Positions 31,958 through 47,061 of a DNA stretch of 64,000 nucleotides are shown here, in pieces. The notes beneath the pieces are model-generated. The model saw only the letters and a program-made list of their open reading frames with translations. It searched no databases and was not told the DNA's origin. This DNA comes from the human T2T-CHM13v2.0 reference genome, Homo sapiens. Positions within the stretch are counted from its first letter, which is position 1. The number at the start of each line of letters is the position of its first letter. The DNA lies in assembly GCF_009914755.1 (NCBI RefSeq), contig NC_060927.1. The stretch is one strand, 5' to 3'. Both the position numbers and the translations under genes were made by a program.

Positions 31958-34086
31958 TTATCCAGCCTAATTTAGCTGCTTGAGTGCAAACACAGAATGG
32001 GAGGAGAGTTGGGTTAATTGAATATTGAGGTTTTGCTGTACAAGCATGACAGAGGAAGACCTGCATGCTAGAAAGTGATTATAATGATCAACCATGGAAT
32101 CTAAGCTGGGTTGGGGAGGATGAAGGATGCAAAATGAGAGAAGCACAGTGAAAAAGTGGTAGGATCATTGGATTTTAGGCCCTGATGGCAACCAAAACAT
32201 TGTTAGAATTGGAGTATCAGAGAAAGCGAGTTGAAAGGATAGAAGGTAGTTGCTGAAGAGTAGGATGCTTGAAATTGAGATAATGGAGAAGTCGTGATTA
32301 TTGCCAGTGATAAGATCTAAGTTCTAACCATGAGGAAAGTGGCTAAAATAAAATAGAGAAAAAAAAATCCTTGGAGGAGAGGAAGTCAAGATCCAAAGGA
32401 GGTCATGGGATAGATCATTTATGAGACAGTGACATCAAGAGTTATGACAGAAGCAGCGATGTAGAGCTTGACAAAGTCAGCAGCTAAAATCGAGGAATGG
32501 TAGGGGTGGGGAGAGGAACAATAGAAAACTGTAATGAAAGTGTAGTGGATAGCAAAGTCTAATGACATGATGTTTTAAACTGAAGGTTTGTAGAGGAAAG
32601 AGCAAGAAGGATCCAGTTTATGAAAGATGTTGTAAAGAAAACCAGCACCACTTGAAAGGGCTATGGAGGAAGTGTCCTCAGAGGGGAGCCAAGTTTCAGT
32701 TAGAAAACCAGAAGGTGAGGGAAATGTTAACAGAAGCTCAGAGTAGAAGGGATTTGTTGGTGATTAATAGCAAGTTCTAGAAGGCACAATAGAAGGGTTT
32801 CAAATGTTAGGTGTGGGTTTTGGGGTCAGAAAAGGGAAAGTACAGAGCCATATGGCTCAGAGTCCCTGAGATGAAGGATGAACTGGGGGTCTTGGGCTTC
32901 TTGTGGTTAAGTACGAATTGGGGAAAAATGTGATGAGATTAGATTTGGAGGTCTCAATACAAACCATGATGGTAAAGCTGTTGATGTTGTGTGTGGGAGG
33001 CAGAGAGAAGGGGCAGGGAGGAGAGGCAAGGATATTGCCAAGATTAGAGTTCTGAGGTACCATTATTCACTCTCAGTTATAGAGGTGTAGAGGCCAGGGT
33101 GGAGCAGACTTATCTAGAATAAGGAAAACTCTGGAAGTCCCTTTGGATTCATATGGATTATGGTGTGGAAGCTGGAGAATGAGAAGCACGACAACATATT
33201 ACAACTCAAGGGTGCTCTATTCACATAGACTCTAATGTGATGGGCACCCCTGGAGGAGTGCAGTGGGACTCCCCTGGAAAAACACACTCTATAGTGCCTC
33301 AGAGTATATTTGCAAACTTATTGCATTGCTGAAATTCATTATTATTTATCTTTTCACAAGATTGTGAGTCTCTCATAAGCAGGGATGAAATTCTCTCTTT
33401 TCTGGCTCCTGGCATATATAATAGGCTCTTGGAATATGCATTAGCTCTTAATTCCCAAGTCTTATTATCATGGCTCCAGAGATACAAAATAACTTAGAAC
33501 CTTGAAATGGAAATGTGCAACCCCTTGATTCCTTTTCTTAGGGTACATCAGGAGCATCTTCCTCCCTTCTACTCCTGTGGGCTCACAAACTAACAAGCAA
33601 AGTCTACAGTCTTTCATTGGCCTGGGATAACTTCCTTGCAGAGCATACTAGAATGTGGTAGCATTTGCTGACCTAATGACATCAGCTCCTCTTCCATGTG
33701 TCTCAGTCCCATAAGCCTAACAGACACAAGAGTGAGTGCTAGGCTACAGCCCAGGGCCTATTTTGCTTCTGTTTCTCTTCTCTCTCTCTGAAAGTTAGTA
33801 AAAATTTCATCCCATTCACTCCCCTTTTCTCTTTTCTCTAATTCTTCCCCAACCAATACTTGTTGAATTAATGAATGGGTAAATTAGAATTTCATCTTAC
33901 AAATGAAGGAGAACTGCGTAACAGTGAATGAGTTGAGGGCTACCACTCTTAGGGAGAAGAAAGAATTTACTTTGTACAGCTATTCTTTCCTGTGTGACTT
34001 CAAGAAATGCACTGTAGATAAATGTAGGATCTGCCTCTAACACAAAACTCAGGCCTATCATGTTTTCTTTCTTTCTTTCTTTGCAG

Positions 34087-34465
34087 GGAGAAAGTATCCC
34101 CATACCTATTAAGAGATTTGAATAACATCTGCCCAAGAGTCTAATCATCTTGCCTTTAGGCACAGGTGCTCCTGGTTTTCTCTTGTGGATATTTTGTCCT
34201 AGACCCCTACGTATCATAAACAGAAAAAAGTAAGGTAGTAATAGGTCGAGTATGTTGCATGTTGACAAAAACTATAGAAGCTTCCACATTTTGCCTCCCT
34301 TAGGTTTGTATGTCAGATCTTGTTTCTTTATCTCTATTTCTGTCTTTTATTTATAAGATTTACTTTTATTTTCTCTTATGTATCTCCCATGTTAAATTCT
34401 GAGTGAAATTCAAAAATTTTAATTGCAAAAATGAAAGAAGATTAAAAGTCTAATGAACTGTCCAT
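34087..34465 (+). other. Candidate terminal exon of the plus-strand Ig-like gene
   Basis: Strong acceptor TTTTCTTTCTTTCTTTCTTTGCAG| at 34086; ATTAAA 34441-34446 followed by GT/T-rich sequence; unique sequence between repeats. Confidence 0.35.
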
Positions 34466-34587
34466 TTTGTGTATATTTCATTGGTGTGATGCTTCAGCGA
34501 TGGATGACTTGTAAGGGAGTTCAGAGCAGAGAAAACCTGCCCTAGGTTTCCTCTAAGCAAGATTTTTTTTTTATTTTTTGGTAAAAT

Positions 34588-35258
<671 letters not shown>

Positions 35259-35519
35259 GATGTTACATGGGCACTTTGTTGGCACAAGGAAGAACCTGAG
35301 AAAGAGATATCTTTTAAAAAATAATTATGGATAACAGTTCTTATAGTTATTAAAGTCTCTGGCTATTACTGAACAAAGGCAATTAAAATCTTGGAAATTC
35401 AAAGGTGAGACTAACCCTTGAACTTTTCTGATTTGCCCAATTGATTTCAGTCTTTATTATTCCTATAACCCACCTTCCAAATCTCTCCTAGTTCTATGCA
35501 TTGTACATAGATTCTCCTC

Positions 35520-35884
35520 TGCTATAGTCTGAATGTTTGTATCTCCCCAGAATTCAAATATTGAAATCCTAACTCCCAAAGTTATAGTATTAGGAGGTGG
35601 GGCCTTTGGGAGGTAGTTAGGTCATAAGGGTGGAGCCCTCATGAATGGGATTAGTGCCCTTATAAAAGAGGCCTATGAGAGGTTCCTTGTCCCTTCCACC
35701 AAGCGAAGACACAGTGAGGAGATGCCGTCTATGAACCAGAAAGAGGCCCTCACCAGACACAAAATCTATTAGCACCTTGATGTTGGACTTCTCAATTTCC
35801 AAAACTGTAAGCAATAAATTTCTGTTATATATAAGCCATGCAGTCTAAGGTATTTTGTTATAGAAGCCAGAATAGACTAAGACA
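35520..35884 (+). mobile_element. MLT1A-type MaLR solo LTR
   Basis: TGCTATAGTCTGAATGTTTGT..GGAGCCCTCATGAATGGGATTAGTGCCCTTATAAAAGAG..GACTAAGACA. Confidence 0.85.
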
Positions 35885-36827
35885 TCTTCCTTTGTTTTTT
35901 TGGGGGGTTCAGGAGAAGGATGGCAGTATCTTCCCTGGGAGGTTGGGCCATGAAGGAATCAAGCTTAGGTTATAGAAGTGAAGAGAAAAAGATGTGGAAC
36001 AGTAAGGAAAGAGAAAAGAGAAAAAGTTGTGGAACATTAAGGAAAGAGAAAAGAAAACTGTCCAGGAACTAGAGATTTTAATGGGCTCAAAACCCAATTT
36101 TTTTGAATGATCAGATTAATATTAAATAATTTCAATGGGGATAAGACCTATGTCTGCCTCTAAGTCCTCCACATAGTATGTCACAGCAAAAAGGAGGATC
36201 ATCAGGGAGATTTGTGCAATTGTACAGACATCTGCATTTCTAAGGTAAGTTTTTGCCAGGCCAAACCTTTGAGGTATGTGCTGAGGGCTGCTGGGATACT
36301 CACACTCGCTGGCATGACTCCTGGATATAGCATCCTTTGGGAGACCAGCTTGGACTGGGGATCACTTTTTAGGAAACTTCAGAGGCATGGGTTGAACTGC
36401 ACTCACATATGTACTTAAAAGAAACCAAAATGAAAGGACATGCAGACAGTTATTAGAACCACATGAAGGAATATATGGTTAGTTATATGTGCTCAGCAAT
36501 TACATTATAGAAAACACAAATTAGGAATTAATGGTTCACAATGATGTGATGATCTTTAAAATAAAGGGAAACATTGTGGCAAGGCAAAATGAGCATGACA
36601 GGGACCTGGGTCTGAATCCTGAATGTGTTCCCTGTTAGCTGTGTTAGTGTTGAACAAGTTCCTGAAACTTAAACTACATGTTCCTCATTTGTAAAATATA
36701 TTTTTCACAGGGTCAGTCTGAGAATTATGAGAATATGTTATAGGTATTGATAACTGGTAATAATGATACCTGACACCTACATAACACTTTCTATGTGCCA
36801 GAAACTATTTGAAAAAAAAGTTACACA

Positions 36828-37013
36828 GCATGGGCAACATGGCAAAACTCCATCTCTAAAAAAGGTACAAACATCAGCCAGGCGTGATGGTGGGCACCTA
36901 TAGTCCCAGCTGAGATGCGAGTCTGGGGAGGTCGAGGCTGCAGTGAGCTGTGATCGTGCCACTGCACTCCAGCCTGGGCAAAAGAGTGCCCTGTCTCAAA
37001 AAAAAAAAAAAAA
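36828..37013 (+). mobile_element. 5'-truncated AluJ-like fragment
   Basis: GAGGTCGAGGCTGCAGTGAGCTGTGATCGTGCCACTGCACTCCAGCCTGGG plus poly-A. Confidence 0.85.
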
Positions 37014-37732
37014 TTACATTAACTCATTTAATCCTCAAAGGAAAAAAAAAGAATGAGGTAGGTATTATTATTAAGCTACCTTAAAGAGAAAACTGAGGCA
37101 CAGAGAGGTTAAATAACTTCCAGAAGCATAAAACGTAGGAGCAGAGCCAGGATTTAAACCCAGGAAACCTGGCTGTTAAACACTACATTGTATTGTCTCA
37201 GTGGAATATCAGCCATAATAAGAACCACGTTCTGATACAGGTCAATTAGGAAGGAGTTAAAACATGTAATATGTGATGATATAAAAATTACTGGCTGCCA
37301 GATTTGACTATGAAGTCCTGCAGAAGAATTTTGGAGCAAACTTATTTTACTTCGAGTTGTCCCAGCTCCCTGGAAAATGTCAAATTCCGCTAACTTGTGT
37401 AATTTAAAGCTAGGCCAGGAGACCCCACGTGCGTGCATCTTGATCCTGGAGCTGCTTCCCTGGTGTCCAATGCAAATGGCCTCTGTGGCCTAGCACCCCC
37501 CTTCCCACCACTCGAGGTCGCACCAAGGCCTAGGAGGGTCACGTTGAGGTTCCTACCCACTGGCAAGCAAGAGCCTGGCAGCCATCCCCTCCGTGGTTTG
37601 CCCGTGGCCACCCATGACTACTACCGGCGCCTCCAGGGTTCCACTCGCAGCAGCAGCACCTGATGATGGGCCTTGCTGAGTACCCTAGAGAAGCCATCCC
37701 CCACCCCCTGGTCTCTGGAAGGCTGATCCAGG

Positions 37733-38710
<978 letters not shown>

Positions 38711-38881
38711 GCAGGTCACTGGTGGGTGAGCTGCTTTTTCGGGAAGTCCACTGTCCTGTTCATGCCATGGTGTTGGAGTCCCCAGAGCACTTGGATTCCC
38801 CTCAGGCCTCCAGCATGACCACCTCTGGCCTGGTTCAGAGAGTCACCAGGAAGCAGCCTGGCAGCCACCCCAACAAAATCA

Positions 38882-39415
<534 letters not shown>

Positions 39416-40420
39416 GGGTTCTTTCTTAAACTGAATCTGATCATGCCTTTCTCTTGCCATTATAACTTCATTAGCTCTCTCTTGTTCTCAGGATACAGTC
39501 TTTACAAATAGCATTTATAAATATAATCAACATGTTACAAGGCCAACAACAGCTGTGTTTTATTGAGCAGTCACTATATGCCAGGGCCTTTACATGTTTA
39601 TTTCATTTAATCAGCACAGCAACGTTATGAAGTAGTGTTATACCTTCATTCTGTAGAAAATAATAACAAAGCATGTCAGGCACTTTCTAACTTTTTGCAT
39701 ATTTTATGTTATTTAATCCTTATAACAATGCTATGAAATACAAATTACTATTTCCATTTTACAGAAGAAGAAATTTAAGCATAGAGAATCTGATTTGCCT
39801 AAGGTTGCATGTCAATAACAGATTGGGATTCAGACCCAGGTCTGAATCTAAAGCTTTTATTGACTCTCCCACATCCCTGAATCTCTGCATATGCCACTCT
39901 TGAATGGACTTTGACTAGGCTAATTCTACTTGTTCAGATTTCAGCCTAGAAAAACCTTCCACGATTGCTGACGCCACACTATTGATCTTCTTGTTTCCAT
40001 AATGTGTACTCGTTTCTCATCTTTGTCATAATATGGTTGCAAGATATCAAACAGACTGCTGACCTGCCTGTCTTCCTGAGACAGGAGACTGAGTCTGATT
40101 ATATATCCAATCTGAGTGCCTTCCCAGTGCCTGACACATAATACCCAGTAAAAGTTTGTTCAATTCTACTTGTTCACATCATCTGTTTGTACTTCCTAGG
40201 TCTCACCTATTCATAGAGTACATACTCATTATTTCTTTTTCACAGATTCAAATGGTGTTTACACATGTAAAGCTCTTCTATAACATGGATTATAGTAAAC
40301 AACTCCTGGTTTTGCTCATTCTCTACCAGAATCTTGAAAGGACCTACTTGATGGGTAGCTATATACACCAATGCATAAGTGATGGCATAATTCAGGTTTT
40401 CATAAAGGTATCAAATGAGG

Positions 40421-40640
40421 TGTTTGTTTGTTTGTTTTGAGACGGAGTCTCGCTCTGTTGTCCAGGCTGGAGTGCAGTGGTGTGATCTCAGCTCACTGCT
40501 GATTGCTCAAGCAATTCTCCTGCCTCGGCCTCCCAAGTGGCTGGGATTACGGGTGTGTGCCACCACGCCCAGCTAATTTTTTTTATTTTTAGTAGAAATG
40601 GGGTTTCACCATGTTGGCCAGGCTGGTCTCAAACTCCTAA
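40421..40640 (-). mobile_element. Truncated, internally deleted AluS
   Basis: Reverse Alu ending abruptly after CAAACTCCT. Confidence 0.85.
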
Positions 40641-40734
40641 TCAAATGAGTTTTTGAGAATAATTGGGCACACATGCAGAAACAAGATCACCTGTAGTTTA
40701 TCCTACTTATTTTCAAATAACAATTTATAAAGCT

Positions 40735-41298
40735 TCCTATCTCACTGAGTAAAAGCCAGATTCCTTACATGGCCTATTAGGACCACAAGATATACCTTCC
40801 TCACCCCTCAGTCCCTTACCCTGCCTTGTCACTTCTTTGCCTCGTATTCTGCTACTCTCTCCCTCATTCACTTCAGCCCTGCCAAGCTGACACTCTTGCA
40901 CTGGCTCTCTCTTTTGTCTAGAATGCTCTTGTTCAGACATCACACATCGAATTCCCTTGGCTTAGTCTTTTTCACTTTCTCAATGAGGCCTATCCTGACC
41001 ACTATATTTAAAATGGGAAACTGAGACAAACTGAGACACTCCCTTACCCTACACTCTCCTAGTCCCCCTCCTCTTGCTATACATAGTCCTTATCACCTTC
41101 TAACATACCATAAGCTTTACTTATTTATTGCATCTATTATCTAGCTCTCCCTGCTAGAATTTAAGCTCCACAAAGCCAGAGATCATTATGTCTTTTCACT
41201 GGTCACAGGTAAGTCCGAGCACTTAGAACAAACACTTAGAAAATGTCTGTAACGTAGTAATAGACACAACAAATATTTGGTAAATGAACAATAAATGA
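40735..41298 (+). mobile_element. L2 3' fragment
   Basis: CTCAATGAGGCCTATCCTGACCAC, CTAGAATTTAAGCTCCAC, AAATATTTGGTAAATGAA. Confidence 0.65.
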
Positions 41299-43225
41299 TA
41301 TTGATCTCCATCTCTACTTTTTCCTTACAAAAGAGTTGAAAATCACCCTTAAACAATCATAGAGTAGAATGGATCAAAGGATAGTTGAGGTACAGTTTGG
41401 ATCCCCTACTATATTGTTCTTATTCCCTTAATTACAACCTTAGATTTAGCTTATATATTCCATGACTCTGGCAATGACTACATTATGCCATGTTCTGTCC
41501 TCCCCAAGTGGACATTTCTGAATGCTTTTTGAGGGCATCAGAGTTCTACTCTGGCCGTTTTCTGTCCTTAAGTTTCAACAATGACACAGATTTTAAAGTT
41601 CTTTTGTCTTAAAGACAGAAAGGAAAAGATGTATAAATCGGGTTATATAAAGAGTCGAGTTTTCTACAAGGCAAAGCATCTCATAAAGTCAAAAGAAGAA
41701 AAACAAACTGAGAAAGTATTTGCCACATTCACAACAAAGGGCTAACGATATACTTATGGAGAACTATGACAAACCAGTAAGAAAAAGACCAGCAACCATT
41801 AGAAAAACAAAGAAAATGAAGAAAATGACAAGAACCAATTATTCATGAGATGATATTTAATCTTACAAAAGGAATAATGAATATAAAAAATAAAACAAGG
41901 AGTTACCATTTTTCCTCTATCAGAGGCCAAAAAGTTCGAAGGCACAATGTTTGCAAGAATGTAGGGAAATGGATATGCTCAGTTTATGTACTTTTGGCAG
42001 TCATGCATACTGGTGCAACTTCTTTGACTTTATAGGCAATCATAGGCAAATTTATAAATGTACACACCCTCTTAAGAGGATGGTTTTATTCACTGTATTT
42101 TCTGTGATACAATTTGGATTTTTACCATGTACACATATTATTTTTTCAGTAAAAAAGTTAAATCATTAGGAAAACATTAATTCTCATTGACAGGAAGACC
42201 CTCCTTCCTATTCATACAGCAACATTTTACTTCCTATGTCACACCATGCAACAGCCCCCAGCAGCAGTAGGCCAGAGTTGTTTTCATGTCCCATATCCCA
42301 GCTAGGATTATTCCAGGGCTCTGAAGGCATCTGCTTAGATCTATCTATGCATTCATATTTTTTCCCTTCCTTCCTTCCCCTTATTTCAGAAATAATTCAA
42401 GAGGACTGATGATAACTTGATAAAGAAGCTCTAAAATAAAGCTGATCAAAGTAACATACTTCTTTGCACAATTCGTAATATTAAATTTTGATGAAAGGAA
42501 ACTTAGCTTCTGAATTATGCTTAGTTTAATAATGTTGCACTTCCTGAATACATACATACTATAAGAGCAGAAAAAGTTTTCCCAGAACATGGTGGAAGGT
42601 TGGGAAGTTAGCCAAAATTTAAAAGTGGTTGTGGACAAGGTACCCTTCAAACTGGGTTTAAGATTCCCTTCTGAGAATGAAAATTTGAAGAATCAAACTG
42701 TAAGAGCAGTAATCTGTAGCAATCACATAACAAAAAAGATTGCCTTTTAATATTTGATTAGCATTTGGGTAATATCCCAAATCCAATCAAAGTGATCCAG
42801 CTATAATTTTAGGAAAGCAAAACTTCCACATGACTGAACCGAAGAAACCTTAAACCTCATTGACTATAATATGCTCTTTTGGGAGGCAGAATTATTGTGG
42901 GTGGAGAGTGCATGATACATATGAAAATGGCAGGTTGGAAAGCGTTAGTCATGTGTCCCCAAGCAAAAGAGGTTTTAACCAGCTAACGTTCAGCCCACTT
43001 GGAACTGTTTACCCCCATGGAATGTGTGTATCAAGGAAGTGCCATTAAGGTTATTTAGCCTGTCCCTGGCAATGATTCCATGTTCCCTGTACTACCTTCC
43101 CATGTTTATTTGCCTTCTCACAGGCTACTGCAGTCAGCCTCACTGGATGCCATTTAGTCTCTTAAATCATATGGGGGATTTAGGAGTCATTTAATTTAAT
43201 GTCTTCCCAATACAGGAATGCACCT

Positions 43226-43592
43226 GCTATGGTTTGAATGTTTATGTCCCCCAAAATTCATATGTTAAAATTGAATCCCCAAAGCAATGGTATTGAGAGG
43301 TGAGGCTCTTGGGAGATGATTAGGTCATCAAAGTTTAACCCTCATGAATGGGTAAGTGCCCTTATAAAAGAGGCCTAAGGGAGTTTGTTCACCCTTTTCA
43401 CCATGTGGGGATGCATCAAAAAGGTGCATTCTTTGAAGCAGGCAAGCTTCAACAAGCCGTCATCAGACACTGAATCTGCTGGTACCTTGATCTTAGGCTT
43501 CCCAGCCTTCAGAACTGTGAGCAATACATTTCTGTTGCCTATAATTACCCAGTCTGAGGCATTTTGTTATAGCAACTTGAAGGGACTAAGAC
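43226..43592 (+). mobile_element. MLT1A/MST-type MaLR solo LTR
   Basis: TGCTATGGTTTGAATGTT..CCCTTATAAAAGAGG..GGACTAAGACA. Confidence 0.85.
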
Positions 43593-43828
43593 ACTTTCTG
43601 ACTTGTCATCACCTTCTACTCCAGACCCACTATCCATGATCCTTTCAAAGAAACTTGTTCTACCAGTCCCCGAGTAAACTTTCCATCCAAGCTGTAGTCC
43701 CAGGAGAAACTCTTCAGTCCTTTTTAAGGCTCCTGAAACTCAAATCCACTCTTAGGAAGTAAATGGGTAATGTTCTCACGACTTTATTTGGCCTTAATTG
43801 GGGGAAAGGAAACCAATAAAACTATCAC

Positions 43829-43843
43829 TTTAATTTCTTTATT
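43829..43843 (-). terminator. FSTL1: FSTL1 distal polyadenylation signals (AATAAA then ATTAAA)
   Basis: Minus strand AATAAA 43838-43843 and ATTAAA 43829-43834 with U-rich sequence downstream, ~2.7 kb after the stop. Confidence 0.7.
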
Positions 43844-45213
43844 CATCAATAGTATCCGAAAAGGAAGAATCAGGAGTTACAAAAACAAGTTAAATGCAAT
43901 ATAGAAGCCTACTAAATACAAATACAAGTTCACAAACACATATGCAACAGAAACTTGTTTAGATTGTTTCTTGAAGTTTGACTATTTAAAAACATAGGTG
44001 TAAAGGAAAGACATTCAGACTGGTCCACGTGGGCTTGTTAGCAGGCAGAGGAACCCTGCTTTCCAAAAACTGATATAGTCCAGAGTCACGGCATGTGGGA
44101 AGGTTTCCATGGACACTGGATCTTAACAGATGCTATAGTGTTTACAAAACTACACACACAGAGAAAGCCCAAGGAAGCCTGCAGGCTAAGCCCTATGCTT
44201 TTAGAGGGCTGAAGGAACCAAACCTAGTTTAATCCTGTTTGTTTGCTCCATGCAAAACTTTATGGAAGACTCCCCAGACTAGGCTATTTAGCAGCTTCCA
44301 TGAATGGTCCTCAGATCATGTGATTCTACGGCATAGACGACAGCTGCCCTATTTACACAGAAGCTGCAGAACTCAAGAGGAATGTGGATTTGCTCTTGGG
44401 AGTTCAATGTTGCAGGGTAGAGTAGTCTTGGATGATAACCATGTTCTAAATGACTAGTGAAGAGACACTGTGGTTTCTTGCTTTTAACAAATTGGTGTAC
44501 TCTTGCCCTCCTCCCATAGTGTCCAAGGGCTGGTAAAACCTTTGATTAAGGCGTGCTGCTGTGAGTTCTCCAAGGCACTTGGACAGGGAGCTGCATTTCA
44601 GACTGAACAAGTGGAGTTTGAAGAGTTTTTAGATGGGATGGATACATAAAAGCTTGAAATGCTAAACAAAGTGGAATTTTCTCCTTTCAAATGAGAACAA
44701 GAAAAACTAGAAGGAATTCTATTTTTGGCACAACAGTTTCTCACAGTTGCCTGTGCATTACAACCTAAATAATTTCCTTCTGATGGTCTTTAATCTGCTT
44801 TCTGCAAATGAGATCTTATGTCAAGGCTTTAATCTTTGGTATTCCAAATGCATCTGAAACAGGGTAGTGAGTGGGGTTAATAATCACAGAAGTCGAAAGA
44901 CACAGGACTAACTGTAAATGACTGACCTCCCCAAGTCACAGTTTTAGGATTAAATCTCCATTTTCTTCCCCCTGTTGAATCTGAAACTTTCTTTTATCCT
45001 CATCTCTAAGGGAATGCTTTCTATTTCCAGCCGGAGGTTAAACATGAAATGCAAATATGAAGACAGAGTGGGGTGGTTCTCTTTCCCACTCTCTTCCTGC
45101 TTTACCCATGAGGACTCCATATCATAGCACGACCTGTAGGGTCATCAGGCTGAGATCAAATCTGGTCATCTTGTTTTTGGCCATCTGACATTTCTTGTTC
45201 TAGTAACAAGATT

Positions 45214-45275
45214 TCATTTATTCTATAGAGAAGAAGGAAAAATCACAGGAACCTATCTCCCCTCTGGACCAATGA
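45214..45275 (-). ncRNA. MIR198: mir-198 precursor hairpin (mature 45249-45270)
   Basis: Minus strand UCAUUGGUCCAGAGGGGAGAUAGGUUCCUGUGAUUUUUCCUUCUUCUCUAUAGAAUAAAUGA; mature GGUCCAGAGGGGAGAUAGGUUC. Confidence 0.92.
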
Positions 45276-46497
45276 TCAGAACCACAGAATTTATAACTTA
45301 TCAAATCAAAAGGTTAGTGCATTCTTACCAGCTCACTGAGGAAACTGAGGTCCAGAAAAAAGAAGAGACAGGGCCAACTCACCCTCCTAGTTAGTCGAAT
45401 GAGCATATTGGTAGGCTGGGATATCCTAAGCCCTGCTTGGCTGCCCTTGTCGCCATCCTTGGGAATACTGATTTGCCTCAACTTCTCAGAATAAATAAAA
45501 ACAAATTAATGTTTGGATCTTGAAAGTTTTTTATGAAGATGCTTCTTCCCCTGGCTTAGGTCTAAGGCACCCTTGCTCCTCTGGCAGATAGTGGACTGCT
45601 GGAAGCTAGGGGAGCCAACTATGGGCTGCATCTAGTATGTGGCAGGGTGGGAGCATCTGGGTTATTTCAGCCCCTGCACCAGGAAGAACCCCAAACTCCT
45701 TCCACCTATGAAGTGGTGGGACTACTGAAAAATAATTACAAAAGCTTAATACCTAGTCAAGAAAATAAAATATTAAAAAACAATAATATAATGATAATAA
45801 TTGAAGAATAAAGTCAACTTGCCAAAAAAAAGTGTTTTACAGAGAAATAGCACCTTTGGTAAAAAGTATTTTTAAAATTTGGTTAGGTCGCTAAGGGGCT
45901 CAAAGTATACAAGTATCTGCATCATTTGGGTGTACCCTCCCAGAAACTCCATCCAAGTCTGAGGGACACTGGGTTAACTAGCAGGATGGCTATGTATCTA
46001 GAGGCAGTTATTGGGACCAAGAGATGCGTGGATGCTGGAGGTCTGTCATGCTGACGGCAATGGAAAGAGGCTGGAAGCAGAGAGCGTTCCTCTCCGTGGA
46101 GCTTCCCAAACCTCTCCTCCGGGGACACCCTGCTAAGTTCTCTCTGGCATCGTGTGCACTCCCTGCAGCCTGCTGACAGATGCAGTAAACTCAAAAGAGG
46201 TTCAGATTTGGGTCTGTTCCTCTTTCAATCGTGATGCAGTTTCCTTACTAGCCTCCAGCCCCAGAGCACCATTTACAGTTTCTCTTAAAGCACTCCTAGA
46301 AATGAAGGCTGTGGCCCTTCCCTTCCTAGCCAGCCACCTTCATATCCTTTATTGCAAAACAAATAAACAAAATAAAACTCATTGCTATATAAGCAAATAC
46401 TGGTGATTTGGCGACTGTAGCAGACACTTGTGTATACTGAACTCAGCGCTGAAGTGGAGAAGATGCTGGGATCCAGACACTGGTCTGTGCCTCCTCA

Positions 46498-46542
46498 TTA
46501 GATCTCTTTGGTGCTCACTCTCTTGGTCTTTTCAGCTGTTTC
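46498..46542 (-). CDS. FSTL1: FSTL1 last coding exon (ETAEKTKRVSTKEI*)
   Basis: 45 nt, AAG acceptor, TAA stop. Confidence 0.95.
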   Translation of the reverse strand, partial: ETAEKTKRVSTKEI

Positions 46543-47061
46543 CTTTGAGATGCAAGAGAAAATAGGCGTCATGGAAATATTAAACAACTGTTGGAATTTA
46601 TCTGTTCCTCAAGACTATATAGCATTGGCATTTACAAGCTTATGCTGAATTTTAGTTGTTTACTTGTCGGGCTCCTCCACGGACAATGAACAATTTGAGA
46701 ACAAGAACTATGGCCTATTCATGACATGGTCATGCAGGGGCTGTTTACTGAATTAAGCTGACTCCATTTGGACTCCTATGAAACAAGCAGATCAGACATT
46801 ATGGTTCCCATTTTAAGGATGAAGAAAATGATGTTAAATGGAAATGCTACAAGATGTTCTTAATCCAACAAGTCCAAAGAAGTGTTAAGTACAACAGGTT
46901 CTGGAGGCAGACTGCCTGAGCTTCAACCATGGCTGTGCTACTTTTTGGGTGACCTTGGGCATATTATGAAATCTTCTGTGTCTCAATGTCTTCAACTGCA
47001 AAACCACAGTAATAAAGTACCATCTCTTACAACAGTGCCTGGCACAAAATGGCCAATAAGG

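Larger units (their letters stand above)
43820..46497 (-). other. FSTL1: FSTL1 3' UTR (exon 11)
   Basis: Between stop codon and poly(A) signals; contains MIR198 and U/AU-rich tracts. Confidence 0.8.
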
